The notes: generated by a model from the letters alone, not told the origin. A stretch of DNA of 64,000 bases from Alphaproteobacteria bacterium (GCA_964291265.2 OZ219747.1:3584001-3648000); one strand, 5' to 3'. Numbered from the stretch's first letter, positions 49,294 through 59,830 are shown. A program made the numbers and translations.

Positions 49294-50994
49294 TTGATGA
49301 TGGATCGAAGCGGTACCGCTTTCCGGTCGCCGGGAGCAAGAATGAGGCGGTCGCGCGCAACCGCAAGGGGGCGCCAGGCCGATCCGCAGGCGGCGGCCGA
49401 GGTCGCGGCGCTTCTCGGCGATGCGCCGCCGAGGCGCGATCTCCTGATCGAGTACCTCCATCTCATCCAGGATCGCTACCGTCACATCTCCCACCGTCAC
49501 CTGAAGGCCCTTGCCGACGCCCTCGCCATCCCCATGGCGGAGGCCTTCGAGGTTGCGACGTTCTATCACCACTTCGACGTTGTCAGAGAAGGGGAACCTC
49601 CGCCGCCGCCCATCACCGTCCGGGTGTGCGAGAGCTTGTCCTGCGCCATGGCCGGCGCCGACGATCTCTGCCACGACCTCTCCGACACGCTCGGGTCCGA
49701 TGTCCGGGTGGTGCGGGTACCCTGCATGGGACGGTGCGCCGCCGCTCCCGCTGTCAAGGCGGGGCTGAACGACATCGACCATGCCGATGCCGCCCGTGTC
49801 AGGGCGGCGGTCGAGACCGGAGACCTCGAGGCAAGGGTACCGGACTGCCAGGACCTCGACACCTATCTTGCCGAGGGCGGCTACGCCATGTTGCGGGAAG
49901 TCCTTGCCGGCAGGTACACCCCTGACGATCTCATCGCCACCATGGAGTCGGCGTCACTTCGTGGTCTGGGCGGCGCCGGTTTCCCGGCTGGAAGGAAGTG
50001 GCGCTTCGTGCGCATGGAGACCGGACCGAGACTGATGGCCGTGAACGCCGACGAAGGCGAGGTCGGCACCTTCAAGGACCGCCACTATCTCGAGACCGAA
50101 CCTCACCGCATCATCGAGGGTACGCTCATCGCCGCCTGGGTGGTCGAGGCGACCGACGTTTATCTCTACCTGCGCGACGAGTATCCGGGGATCCGCGTGG
50201 CCCTGACGCGTGAACTGGCGCGTCTCGCCGACGCCGGGCTGGAGGGGGCGGCGCGGATTCACCTGCGCCGCGGCGCCGGCGCCTATATCTGCGGCGAGGA
50301 ATCGGCGATGATCGAGTCCATCGAAGGCAAGCGCGGTCTGCCGCGCCACCGGCCACCCTTTGTCGCCAAGGTCGGCATCTTCGACAGGCCGACGCTCGTC
50401 CACAATGTCGAGACCCTCTACTGGGTGCCGGCGATCCTGTCGAACGGCGCCGACTGGTTCGCCGGTCACGGACGTCACGGACGCAGCGGCCTGCGCAGCT
50501 TTTCCGTCTCCGGTCGAGTCGCGAATCCCGGTGTCAAGCTCGCACCGGCCGGTATCACGGTGCGTGAACTGATCGACGAATACTGCGGCGGCATGGCAGA
50601 GGGCCACCGGTTCAAGGGCTGGCTGCCCGGTGGCGCCTCGGGCGGCATCCTGCCTGCCTCGCTGGGTGACGTGCCGCTCGATTTCGACACCATCCAGCCC
50701 CACGGCGGTTTCATCGGCTCGGCGGCCATCGTGATCCTGTCCGATCAGGACGACATGTCGGATGTGGCTGTCAGCCTCCTGAAGTTTTTCGAGGACGAAA
50801 GCTGCGGCCAGTGCACGCCATGCCGCGTCGGTTGCGAGAAGGCGGTGGCCCTGATGGCGGGCGGCGCCTGGAATGCCCCACTCCTCGAGGATCTTTGCCA
50901 GGTGATGGCGGACGCTTCGATCTGCGGGTTGGGTCAGGCCGCACCCAACCCGATCCTGACTGTCCTCAAGTACTTTCCGGAGGATGTGACGTGA
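49294..50994 (+). CDS. NAD-dependent formate dehydrogenase beta subunit (fused NuoE/NuoF-like diaphorase)
   Basis: EVATFYHHF, VRVCESLSC, PCMGRC, LRGLGGAGFP, NADEGE, AYICGEES, ESCGQCTPCR, SICGLG. Exact start uncertain. Confidence 0.92.
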   Translation: MMMDRSGTAFRSPGARMRRSRATARGRQADPQAAAEVAALLGDAPPRRDLLIEYLHLIQDRYRHISHRHLKALADALAIPMAEAFEVATFYHHFDVVREGEPPPPPITVRVCESLSCAMAGADDLCHDLSDTLGSDVRVVRVPCMGRCAAAPAVKAGLNDIDHADAARVRAAVETGDLEARVPDCQDLDTYLAEGGYAMLREVLAGRYTPDDLIATMESASLRGLGGAGFPAGRKWRFVRMETGPRLMAVNADEGEVGTFKDRHYLETEPHRIIEGTLIAAWVVEATDVYLYLRDEYPGIRVALTRELARLADAGLEGAARIHLRRGAGAYICGEESAMIESIEGKRGLPRHRPPFVAKVGIFDRPTLVHNVETLYWVPAILSNGADWFAGHGRHGRSGLRSFSVSGRVANPGVKLAPAGITVRELIDEYCGGMAEGHRFKGWLPGGASGGILPASLGDVPLDFDTIQPHGGFIGSAAIVILSDQDDMSDVAVSLLKFFEDESCGQCTPCRVGCEKAVALMAGGAWNAPLLEDLCQVMADASICGLGQAAPNPILTVLKYFPEDVT

Positions 50995-53756
50995 GCGACA
51001 CCATCACCTTCTCGCTGGACGGAAGAACAGTCACCGCGCATTCCGGTGAATCGATCTGGCAGGTGGCGCGGCGCACGGGTACGCATATCCCCCATCTTTG
51101 CCATACCGAGATGCAGGACTATGCCGCAGACGGGAACTGCCGTCTGTGCATGGTCGAAATCGAGGGCGAACGCACTCTCGCTGCCTCGTGTATCCGCCAA
51201 CCGGCTGCGGGCATGGTCGTTCACAGCGCCAGCGCACGCGCCGAAGCATCGCGTCGTACCGTGCTTGAACTCCTCGTTGCCGATCAGCCCGGGGAACAGA
51301 GTGCCCACACCACCACATCCGAACTCTGGCGATGGGCCGGCGAGATGGGGCTCGACGACTCCCGTTTCCCGCGGCGCACGTCACGGCCGGCACCTGACCT
51401 CTCTCACCCGGCGATGGCCGTCAACCTCGACGCGTGCATCCACTGCAACCGCTGCCAGCGGGCCTGCCGCGATATCCAGGTCAATGACGTCATCGGCATG
51501 GCCTGGCGCGGTCCGCACTCGAAGATCGTCTTCGACTTCGACGATCCCATGAGTGAATCGACCTGTGTGGCCTGCGGGGAATGCGTCCAGTCATGTCCCA
51601 CCGGCGCCCTCATGGAAAAATCCCTCGTCGACGACGCCGGCATCGGCCGGCCGGTACCGTCACGGCAGGTGGACAGCGTATGCCCCTACTGCGGCGTGGG
51701 CTGCCAGCTCACCTATCAGGTGGAGAACGACCGTATCGTTGCCGTGAAGGGCAAGGAAGGCCCCGCCAATCACGGACGGTTGTGCGTCAAGGGACGCTTC
51801 GGTTTCGACTACATCACTGATCCTCAGCGGCTCACGCGACCGCTCATCCGCCACGACGATGCCCCCCGAGGCGCCGACGAGTGGATCGACCCCGCCGATC
51901 CCTTGTCGCACTTTCGCGAAGCGGACTGGGACGAGGCCCTCGAGGTCGCCGTCTCGGGTCTCGCCGCGATACGTGACCGCCACGGCGGTAGCGCCCTCGC
52001 CGGCTTCGGCTCCGCGAAGGGCTCCAACGAGGAAGCCTACCTGTTCCAGAAGCTGGTACGAACCGGCTTCGGCAGCAACAACGTGGATCACTGCACGCGA
52101 CTCTGTCACGCGAGTTCGGTGGCCGCCTTGTTGCAGACCATCGGCTCAGGCGCCGTCACCGCTCCCTTCACCGAAGCGCTCAAGGCGGATTGCATCATCG
52201 TTGTCGGCGCAAATCCGACTGAAAATCATCCGGTTGCCGCCACGTTCTTCAAGAATGCCGCCAAACTCGGCGCCAGCCTCGTGGTCATGGACCCGCGCGG
52301 CCAGACCCTGCGCCAGCACGCCACCCACATGGTCCAGTTCCGGCCGGGAGCCGACGTCGCGGTGCTGAACGCCATCATGCATGTCATTGTCGAGGAAGGG
52401 CTTCACGACACGTCCTATATCGAGACGATGACCGAGGGCTTCGAGGACTTGAGGCGCCACCTCGCGTCGTACTCTCCGGAAGCCATGGAACCCGTCACCG
52501 GCGTCGAGGCGGAGACCTTGCGGGCCGTGGCGCGCGCCTATGCCAACGCCGAACGCGCCATGATCTTCTGGGGCATGGGCATCAGCCAGCATGTTCATGG
52601 GACCGACAATGCCCGTTGTCTGATTTCCCTTGCGCTGATGACCGGTCACACCGGGCGTGAGGGTACCGGTCTCCACCCCTTGCGCGGACAAAACAACGTG
52701 CAGGGGGCCTCGGACGCCGGGCTGATCCCGATGAGCTTCCCCGACTATGCGCCGGTGGACGACGAGGACGCGCGGCAGCGCCTCGGCGCCCTCTGGGAAA
52801 CGGAGCTCAGCGCCGACCCGGGCCTCACCGTGGTGGAGATCATGGATGCGATCCATGGCGGAACGATGAAGGGCATGTACATCATGGGAGAGAATCCGGC
52901 GATGTCGGACCCCGATGCCCACCATGCCCGTGCCGCCCTGGCGAAACTCGACCATCTCGTGGTGCAGGATCTCTTTCTCACCGAGACCGCGATGCATGCC
53001 CACGTCGTCCTGCCGGCCAGTGCCTGGCCCGAGAAGGACGGCACGGTCACCAACACCAACCGCCAGGTCCAGCGCGGCCGCAAGGCGGTGCCCCTGCCCG
53101 GCGAGGCGCGCCAGGACTGGGCCATCATCCAGTCGATTGCCCGGGGTCTCGGGCTCGACTGGCGCTATGGCGATGTCAGCGAGGTCTACGAGGAAATGCG
53201 GCGGACCATGCCTTCCATCGCCGGTATCACCTGGCAGCGCGTCAGCACCGAGAATGCGGTGGTCTATCCGTGCGAATCAGCTGATGATCCCGGCCGGGAG
53301 ATCGTCTTCGCGGATGCCTTTCCGACGCCGAGCGGCCGCGGGTCCATGGTGCCGGCGGCCATCGTTCCGCCGGACGAGAGGCCCGACGCGAACTTCCCGA
53401 TGATCCTGACAACGGGACGACAGCTCGAGCACTGGCATACCGGCGCCATGACCCGGCGCTCCAGGGTCCTCGACAGCCTCGAGCCCGAGGCGGTAGCCAT
53501 GATGGCGCCTCGCGACATGGCCCGCCTTCACCTGGCTCCCGGGGACAACGTGCGCGTCTCCACGAGGCGCGGCGCCATCGAGGCCAGGGTGCGCATGGAT
53601 TCGGGCCTTCAGCCCGGCATGGTGTTCGTGCCGTTCTGCTACGTCGAGGCCGCTGCCAACCTGCTCACCAATCCGGCTCTCGATCCCGTTGGCAAGATCC
53701 CGGAGTTCAAGTTCTGCGCCGCCCGTGTGGAGCACGCCCGACAGGGGGGCCACTGA
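50991..53756 (+). CDS. fdhF: Formate dehydrogenase alpha subunit (Mo/W-bis-PGD)
   Basis: 2Fe-2S and 4Fe-4S motifs, CPYCGVGC, LCVKGRFG, DHCTRLCH (Cys ligand), PLRGQNNVQG, LTTGR, IPEFK; GTGA coupling to beta subunit. Confidence 0.95.
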   Translation: MSDTITFSLDGRTVTAHSGESIWQVARRTGTHIPHLCHTEMQDYAADGNCRLCMVEIEGERTLAASCIRQPAAGMVVHSASARAEASRRTVLELLVADQPGEQSAHTTTSELWRWAGEMGLDDSRFPRRTSRPAPDLSHPAMAVNLDACIHCNRCQRACRDIQVNDVIGMAWRGPHSKIVFDFDDPMSESTCVACGECVQSCPTGALMEKSLVDDAGIGRPVPSRQVDSVCPYCGVGCQLTYQVENDRIVAVKGKEGPANHGRLCVKGRFGFDYITDPQRLTRPLIRHDDAPRGADEWIDPADPLSHFREADWDEALEVAVSGLAAIRDRHGGSALAGFGSAKGSNEEAYLFQKLVRTGFGSNNVDHCTRLCHASSVAALLQTIGSGAVTAPFTEALKADCIIVVGANPTENHPVAATFFKNAAKLGASLVVMDPRGQTLRQHATHMVQFRPGADVAVLNAIMHVIVEEGLHDTSYIETMTEGFEDLRRHLASYSPEAMEPVTGVEAETLRAVARAYANAERAMIFWGMGISQHVHGTDNARCLISLALMTGHTGREGTGLHPLRGQNNVQGASDAGLIPMSFPDYAPVDDEDARQRLGALWETELSADPGLTVVEIMDAIHGGTMKGMYIMGENPAMSDPDAHHARAALAKLDHLVVQDLFLTETAMHAHVVLPASAWPEKDGTVTNTNRQVQRGRKAVPLPGEARQDWAIIQSIARGLGLDWRYGDVSEVYEEMRRTMPSIAGITWQRVSTENAVVYPCESADDPGREIVFADAFPTPSGRGSMVPAAIVPPDERPDANFPMILTTGRQLEHWHTGAMTRRSRVLDSLEPEAVAMMAPRDMARLHLAPGDNVRVSTRRGAIEARVRMDSGLQPGMVFVPFCYVEAAANLLTNPALDPVGKIPEFKFCAARVEHARQGGH

Positions 53757-53789
53757 ACGCCCGGCCGCAAGGCGCCCCTCGTCCTCCCT

Positions 53790-54184
53790 GCATCGCCAAG
53801 GAATTGCAGCCGTGGACCCGAACCTTTCCTTTCGACTTCCACAGCGAGATTTTCTGGCTGAAGGGTTGGCCCGGACCGGACGGCATGGAACGACCGTCTG
53901 TTATCGGCCATGGCACGAATGACATCGTACATGCGCGCCTCGAAAGGGGCATCCTCGACGAGTTGAAGCAGAGAAATCCGGCCATCGCGCCGGGCCGGGA
54001 GAAGAGCACGCACCATCAATGGCTGACGGGCGAGGCAGGCCATCCGAAGTTCCGGGAACACCGAATCGGCGTCATGGCCATCATGTGCGCCGCCTCGAAC
54101 CGGGACGGCTTTCGCCGTGCTCTTGTCCGAGCCTGCCCGAAGCGGTTCGAGGATCGCCCGCTCGCACCCGGGGACGACGAATGA
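53790..54184 (+). pseudogene. P63C-domain protein, 5'-truncated remnant
   Basis: IAKELQPWTRTFP..F..EIF.LKGW..RPSVIGH.TNDIV.ARL..ILDELK..NP..HHQWLT...GHPK matches the phage-associated P63C domain. Confidence 0.7.
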
Positions 54185-54615
54185 ACGCCACGATGCTGTA
54201 CGAGGACGACGTCATAGAGGCTGTGGTGGGCCATCTGGAGCAGTGTGGATGGCGCATCATAAGCACAGCCTGCGCTCGCACCAGACAGCACGGTGATGAC
54301 ATTCTGGCGGAGAAGGACGGGGCGACTCTCGTTGTTGAGGCCAAAGGTGCCACGTCGAGCGATGCCAAAAGCGCCAGACGCGATCGAGAATTCGACATGG
54401 GGCAGAAGCGCAGTCACGTCTCCAGAGCGCTCTACAAGGTGGCTTCCATCGTCAGCGCCGGGAAGCATCAAGCAGCGCTTGCGGTGCCCTCAGACGCTGG
54501 CCACCGCAAGCTGATAGACGACATCGCCCCCGCCCTCGCTGCACTCGACGTGACGGTGTTTCTCGTCAACAACGATCTCACCGTTGAGGCTCACAGCCGG
54601 CCTGTCGCGGGCTGA
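54181..54615 (+). CDS. Small PD-(D/E)XK restriction-endonuclease-fold protein
   Basis: YEDDV helix, GWRI, HGDDILAEK...LVVEAKG catalytic pattern; 144 aa; ATGA overlap with the P63C remnant. Confidence 0.65.
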   Translation: MNATMLYEDDVIEAVVGHLEQCGWRIISTACARTRQHGDDILAEKDGATLVVEAKGATSSDAKSARRDREFDMGQKRSHVSRALYKVASIVSAGKHQAALAVPSDAGHRKLIDDIAPALAALDVTVFLVNNDLTVEAHSRPVAG

Positions 54616-54791
54616 CCACCGAATGTCGGCTGAAACACAATACCCTGCTCCAAGAAACTCTGTCGGAACTTGATCGCTCCCAGGACCATTCTATTGTCGG
54701 GCATGGAGTGCTGATGTGGCAGAGACCGGGCATGCTTGAGGCGACCCGGGTTCACGACGTGCCGGTTTCAGTGGGCGTTGCCGGTGCATCA

Positions 54792-55747
54792 GAGTTTGAA
54801 TCATAAGTCATTGATATTGTTATGTTACTTGATTCATGCACTTAACTCCCGCGCCACCCGCCGCATGAGAAACCGGCACGCCGCCAGCCTCGCCCAGGCC
54901 AGGGAGCTCGCCTCGGTGCGCTCGAAATCCTTGGCCAGTCGACGGCATCGGCCCATCCAGGCACAGGTCCTCTCCACAACCCAGCGACGGGGAAGAATGG
55001 TGAACTCCCTGACACCCTTGTGTCTTTCGACAACCTTGATCACATCCGGCAAACCCCTGCGGGCCAGGGCAGCACGCAGCTTGGAACTCCCGTAACCGCC
55101 GTCGGCAAACACTCGCGAGACCTCCGGCGCCTTGCTCAGAAGGGTCACAAGCACATCCACAGCCGCGTCCCGATCCTGGATGCCGGCCGGATGAATGCTG
55201 AGGACAATCGGTGAACCCTCGGTGTCCACCGTCAGATGACGCTTGCGGCCCTTGATCTTCTTGCCCGCACCATAGCCAGAAGGACCGCCACACTCCGTCG
55301 TCTTCACACTCTGCGTGTCGACCACCGCAGCCGTGGGTTCAACACGGCGACCCGCCAGACGACGCGCATAAGCCCGCAACGCATCCAGCATGCGCTCGAG
55401 AACACCGCTGCGTAACCAGGCATAGAAATAGTTCTGAACCGTGGAAAACGGTGGATCATCAGACGGAATCAGGCGCCACTGGCATCCCGATGCCAGCATG
55501 GACTGGATCGCATCGAACACCCGGCGGGGGTCCGTCGTGCGGGGACGGCCCATCCGACCCTGCGCCGGAATCAGAGGCTCGATGAGTGCCCACTCCTCGT
55601 CGCTCAGATCGTTTTGCCGGTAGTCGTCGCTACGCCCATACTTCGCCTGGGTGGCCCCATTCCAAGCCATGATACCCTCCATCTGTGGGTTGTGTACCTG
55701 ATGGAATACCATGGCTTGGGGCTACCCGCGACTTTAGGAACAAACTC
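54792..55747 (-). mobile_element. Complete IS5-family (IS1031-like) element, 956 bp
   Basis: TIRs GAGTTTGAATCATAAGT vs revcomp GAGTTTGTTCCTAAAGT; 3-bp TSD TCA at 54789-54791 and 55748-55750. Confidence 0.88.
54834..55670 (-). CDS. IS5 family transposase
   Basis: DLSDEEWALIEP, GCQWR.IP, AAVVDTQSVKT, KIKGRKRH, FADGGY, RRWVVERT.AW. Confidence 0.93.
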   Translation of the reverse strand: MAWNGATQAKYGRSDDYRQNDLSDEEWALIEPLIPAQGRMGRPRTTDPRRVFDAIQSMLASGCQWRLIPSDDPPFSTVQNYFYAWLRSGVLERMLDALRAYARRLAGRRVEPTAAVVDTQSVKTTECGGPSGYGAGKKIKGRKRHLTVDTEGSPIVLSIHPAGIQDRDAAVDVLVTLLSKAPEVSRVFADGGYGSSKLRAALARRGLPDVIKVVERHKGVREFTILPRRWVVERTCAWMGRCRRLAKDFERTEASSLAWARLAACRFLMRRVARELSA

Positions 55748-56029
55748 TCAGAAGTGTTCAGGCCCGCTTTGGGGTGTTTGGACACATCTGTCCTGTTGCG
55801 CCGCCCGTCCTGGCGGCAGGTTCCCGGCGTGTTGCGGGGGTCAGGAGTGACGGTTCATCCGCCGAACGGGGTGAGGATAGCGTCGAGTGCGTCCTGGGCG
55901 CGTGCGGCCCCGCCTGGTCTTGCCTCGCGCTTGACATCATCCTTGACCTGCACCAAGGCCTCATGTCCTCAACACCAGCATCCTTGAGCGGAACTATTCC
56001 GACAAGCCACTCACATGTTCTCTGGAGAA

Positions 56030-56296
56030 CCTTTGGAGAGGTCACCACGGAGCCGGTCGGCGACGGTGAGGCCAAGCGGCCTGGCCCGGTCGATGATGGC
56101 GATCTGGCGTCCCGAGGGCTGAGGTGCGCACACCCGGCGCCGGGTGAGTTACTGGATCACCTCGTCGCGCTACGGTCGCCTCGGCGGCCTGGTGTTCTGT
56201 GCGGCCCGTTGGCACCAGAAGGCGCGCGACGACTTCAGCGGCCGGTCCCAGGGAGCGCGTGACGTCCACCTCGGCAAGGTCGTCAACCACGATCGC
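56030..56296 (+). pseudogene. Degenerate DUF4338-domain fragment (third copy in the window)
   Basis: VSYWITSSRYGRLGGLVFCAARWHQKARDDFSGRSQGARDVHLGKVVNHDR parallels 420-860 and the IS4 N-domain. Confidence 0.65.
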
Positions 56297-56789
56297 AAGC
56301 CTTGGGCGGGGACCTCGAGACCGTGGGCGCCCTTGCCGAGCACGAACAGAGGGCCCACCGCGCGACCTGCGGCATGAAGGCGCAGGCCTTCGTCGCCCTG
56401 GCCGCCGCCGTGCCCCTGTGGCGCGCCACCGACGCGGCCCTCGTCGGCCTCGGCGACTGGTCGAGGCGGGCCACCGAGGTGCTTCGCCAGGGCAGCGAGG
56501 GTCCAACCGTCGCTGCGCAGGATGTCGAACGGGCGCCCTGATCGAGAAAGGCCGCAGGTTTGCGGAGGAATGGGCCGCGGCATCCCTCTCACGCGACGAC
56601 ATGGAGGGCGCCCGGGACGCCGTAGGAACCATCAGGCAGCTCGAGGCAGCGAGGCAGCCCGGTTGTTGACGGCCGCATGCCAGGCGTTCACCCCCATCAA
56701 CACCCCAGATGCTGACGGCCCTGGAGAACCTCGCCGGACGCGAAGACACGCCGCAGGCAACGCGTGACCTGATGGCCGGATGGGGAAAC

Positions 56790-56823
56790 GCCGAAATCCC
56801 GCCGTTCTATGCAGCCATCAACA
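56790..56823 (-). repeat. 34-bp conserved element end, copy 1 (reverse orientation)
   Basis: Exact reverse complement of TGTTGATGGCTGCATAGAACGGCGGGATTTCGGC. Confidence 0.9.
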
Positions 56824-56924
56824 GAGGAGAGACCAGCCGCCGGGTTATGCTTGACGTAATGCGGATGCCGGCGCTAGGATGTGTACCGTGCGCCGTGCAA
56901 TCGTAGCGGAGAACGTGAATTGTC

Positions 56925-57206
56925 GTGATAGTCGGCTTCGCTGACAGGAAAACCGAGGCGTTTTACGAGGGCCGCCGGGTAGCCGCCTTCTCCGGCTTTG
57001 CCCGCACCGCGTCGCACAAGCTCGACCAGCTCGACGCCGCCACCGAGCCGGGCGACCTAGCGCGGCCCGGCAATCGACTGAAGGCACTCAAAGGTCGGCG
57101 CAGGGGACACTGGAGCATTCGCATCAACGACCAGTGGCGGATCTGCTTCAAGTGGTCCGAGGAGAGTTCCGGTCCGACCGAAGTTGAAATCGTCGACTAC
57201 CATTGA
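56925..57206 (+). CDS. higB: Type II toxin HigB (RelE/ParE superfamily)
   Basis: FADRKTE, KLDQLDAA, PGNRL.ALKG.R.G.WSIRINDQWRICFKW..VEIVDYH. Confidence 0.92.
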   Translation: MIVGFADRKTEAFYEGRRVAAFSGFARTASHKLDQLDAATEPGDLARPGNRLKALKGRRRGHWSIRINDQWRICFKWSEESSGPTEVEIVDYH

Positions 57207-57219
57207 GAGGAGGCAGAAC

Positions 57220-57531
57220 ATGCGTGAACCCATCCATCCCGGCGAGACGTTGCGTGAGGACCTCGACGCGCTCGGCATGAGCGCGGCGGAGTTGGCGCGG
57301 CGCATCGAAGTGCCGGTCAATCGCATCACCGAGATTCTCAACGGCCGGCGGTCGGTCACGGGCGATACCGCCCTACGCCTGGGGCGCTTTTTCGGCACCT
57401 CGGGCGAGTTCTGGCTCAATCTCCAGAAGCTCTACGAGCTGCGGAGTGCTGAACAGAAGAACGGAGCGAAGATCGCCCGGCTGAAGCCGCTGGAACCGGA
57501 ATTGGATATTCAGCCGCATGCGCTCACTTGA
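57220..57531 (+). CDS. higA: Antitoxin HigA (XRE HTH)
   Basis: PIHPGETLRE, ELARRI.VP.NRITEILNGRRSVT.DTALRLGRFFGTS.EFWLNLQ; downstream of the toxin. Confidence 0.93.
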   Translation: MREPIHPGETLREDLDALGMSAAELARRIEVPVNRITEILNGRRSVTGDTALRLGRFFGTSGEFWLNLQKLYELRSAEQKNGAKIARLKPLEPELDIQPHALT

Positions 57532-57588
57532 ACCGCCGTCCCCCAACCGACGCGGTTGAGGGGTCGTGATGCATCAGGATCCCGAGCC

Positions 57589-57936
57589 ATGACGGAGGGT
57601 CAGATGAACCTCGACCTTGCAGGGAAGCCGAGCGCGCGTGTCATTCTCGACCGCATTCGCGGGGAGAGCCACGATGAGGCCGAGAAAGGAGCCGGAGTTC
57701 GAGATCGACGGGATCTGGCGCTGAGCGGAGTGGTCCGAGCGCGAGGCATTGACAAGACTCGACGGGCGCGACATCGGGATCGATCTGGTGGCGCGGCGTA
57801 CCTCGGGCGAGTGGGTCGCCATTTCAGTGCAAGTGCTACGACACCGGCATGTACTCGGCAAGAGCGGGATTGACAAGTTTCTCGGCTCGCAACAGCCGGT
57901 CTTCCGCCTGCGGTGGGTCGTGACGACTTGCAGCTA
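57589..57936 (+). pseudogene. N-terminal Mrr-like nuclease fragment of a restriction helicase (Type ISP-like), disrupted
   Basis: DEAEKG, PEFEIDGIWR*AEW, DGRDIGIDLVA...EWVAI, QCKCY-like segment, IDKFL; frameshifts and a stop; ends at the IS630 end. Confidence 0.7.
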
Positions 57937-58931
57937 GTGTCCTGTCATTCGTCAAATGTCGGATAGAGACGTTTGAGTTTCACGCGGGCATCTTCGGTGG
58001 TGAACTGCCAATCCACCTTGGCTTGGATGCGGTCGCGGGAGGCCTGCGAGGCGGTGACTTCCCGGCGTAGCACCTCGATGCAGTCGATGCGGCGGTTGAG
58101 GCACTGGCGGATCATGACGTTGAGTTCCACCTCGGCCACGTTCAGCCAACTGCCGTGCTTGGGTGTGTAGACGAACTCGAAGCGGTCCCACAAGGCCTTG
58201 GCCTCGTCCGGCGGGTAGGCCTCGTAGAGGGCGCCCGGCCGATGGGTGTTGAGGTTGTCCATCACCAGGGTGATGGTGGTGGCGTCCTGGTAGCGCGAGG
58301 CGATGTCGGCCAGGAACTGCGCCCAGTCGATCTTGGTCTTGCGCTTGGTCACCTTGGTCATGCGCTTGCCGGCCAGGGGTTCCGTGGCCATGAAGACGTT
58401 GCAGGTGCCGCAACGTCGATACTCGTCGTCGTCACGCGCTGACCGCCCTGGCGCCATGGCGATCGGTTGCCGTGTCTCGCCGATCAGTTGTCGGGGCGTT
58501 CCGTCCATGCAGAACACGGGGAAGGCGGCATCATAGGGGCGGCGATAGACATCGAGCACCTTCTCCATCGCCGCGGCGAAGTCGGCGTTCCCTTGAGGAG
58601 GAATCACCCATCCGACCCGCTGCCATGGCTTGAGGCAGTTTTTTTTAGAACACGCCGCACCGTCTCGTGTGACACGGCATCGATGTAGCCAAGCTCGACA
58701 ACGCGATCAGCCAGCAGCCGCAACGACCATTGCGCGTGACCCTCGGGCGGTTCGCCGCAACTCAGGGCCACGAGGCGCGCCTCGAAGGCACCGTCGGCTT
58801 TTCGCACGGAGCTGGGACGACGTCCCTGCCGGCCACCCAATGCCGCCTCCAGACCCTCTTCCACGAAACGCTTCTTCACCCGGTCTACCTTGCGCATGCT
58901 GATGCGCAGAATCCCGGCAATGACCTCCCCG
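57937..58931 (-). mobile_element. IS630-family element, 5'-truncated; two-ORF transposase (58604-58931 HTH; 57945-58607 DDE)
   Basis: TA at 57935-57936 then GTGTCCTGTCA end; WSLRLLA, SHETVRRVLKK, A8 slip tract (T8 at 58639-58646 on +), LVMDNLNTH, YTPKHGSWLNVAE. Confidence 0.85.
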
Positions 58932-58965
58932 TGTTGATGGCTGCATAGAACGGCGGGATTTCGGC
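58932..58965 (+). repeat. 34-bp conserved element end, copy 2
   Basis: TGTTGATGGCTGCATAGAACGGCGGGATTTCGGC exact; abuts the truncated IS630. Confidence 0.9.
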
Positions 58966-58978
58966 TTATCTTGCCAGG

Positions 58979-59290
58979 TGTTGATGGCTGCATAGAACGG
59001 CGGGATTTCGGCGATTTGCCGCGCTTTGTCAGGGTCGTGTTTCTTCCCTGTTGTCAGGTCCTATTGTCACGTCCTGTTGTCGTGGGTTCAGTGTTCGGTT
59101 GATTGTCTCACCGAGCGCCGCCCGTCTTTTCCTATTGTCGTTTTGGTCCGGTTCGGGTTGTTCCGTCGGCCTCTGATTTGGGCTTGGTGACGGTTGCCGG
59201 GAGGGTTCCGGTTCCGAGGCACTCGCGGGATCGTTTGTCTTCCCTGTCGTCTGGGTCGCGTTGTCCGGTCCCGGGGCGGCGAACTGGCAT
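58979..59290 (+). repeat. 34-bp end (copy 3) plus about 280-bp T-rich subterminal region homologous to 62150-62433
   Basis: Exact 34-mer at 58979-59012, then diverged colinear similarity with CCTRTTGTC motifs. Confidence 0.85.
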
Positions 59291-59830
59291 GTGTCCGGAA
59301 TGCCCACACGCGGAACTTCGCGTGGGCATGAACCCGCACCTGGGACGAGTTGCTACATCCGATCAACCTCCCACAGTCGCGCAGCCGGGGCCCATCATGA
59401 GCATGAGTTCATCCTGACGACCCTCGACAAGGACGTTGCCCCCCTTCGTCAACGAGGCCGGCCCGCACCCGGTCCCTTGCCAAGCCGATGTCATTGCGGC
59501 GACCTTCTTGCCCACCGATGTGATTGCGCCTGGATGTTCAGTCGTCGGACAGGACACCGAGAGCTTCCTCGCACCTCGTTGGCGGATGCAGATCAGGTAG
59601 CCCGGCAGTTCCTGCGCTCTGGGGAACAGCCATCCAGGACCAGGACAGCGATACGGTCCGCCAACGGGCGCCGTCAACATTGGTGCCTCCGGCGTACAGG
59701 CCATCCATCACCCCTGATGCTGGCTTGCGGCACCACAGGCTGGAACATCGAACTGACATGCCGTGTCCCGCCACGCAAACACGGTGGGGCCGGAACGATA
59801 CGAGATGGATCGTTACGGCCCTTTCAGCAA

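Noticed and set aside
50991-53756. Selenocysteine formate dehydrogenase
   Set aside because: The active site reads RLCHAS with a Cys codon; no in-frame TGA.
58932-59012. CRISPR mini-array (two identical 34-bp repeats)
   Set aside because: The spacer is only 13 bp, the other copies are dispersed or inverted, there are no cas genes, and the repeat continues into longer shared sequence.
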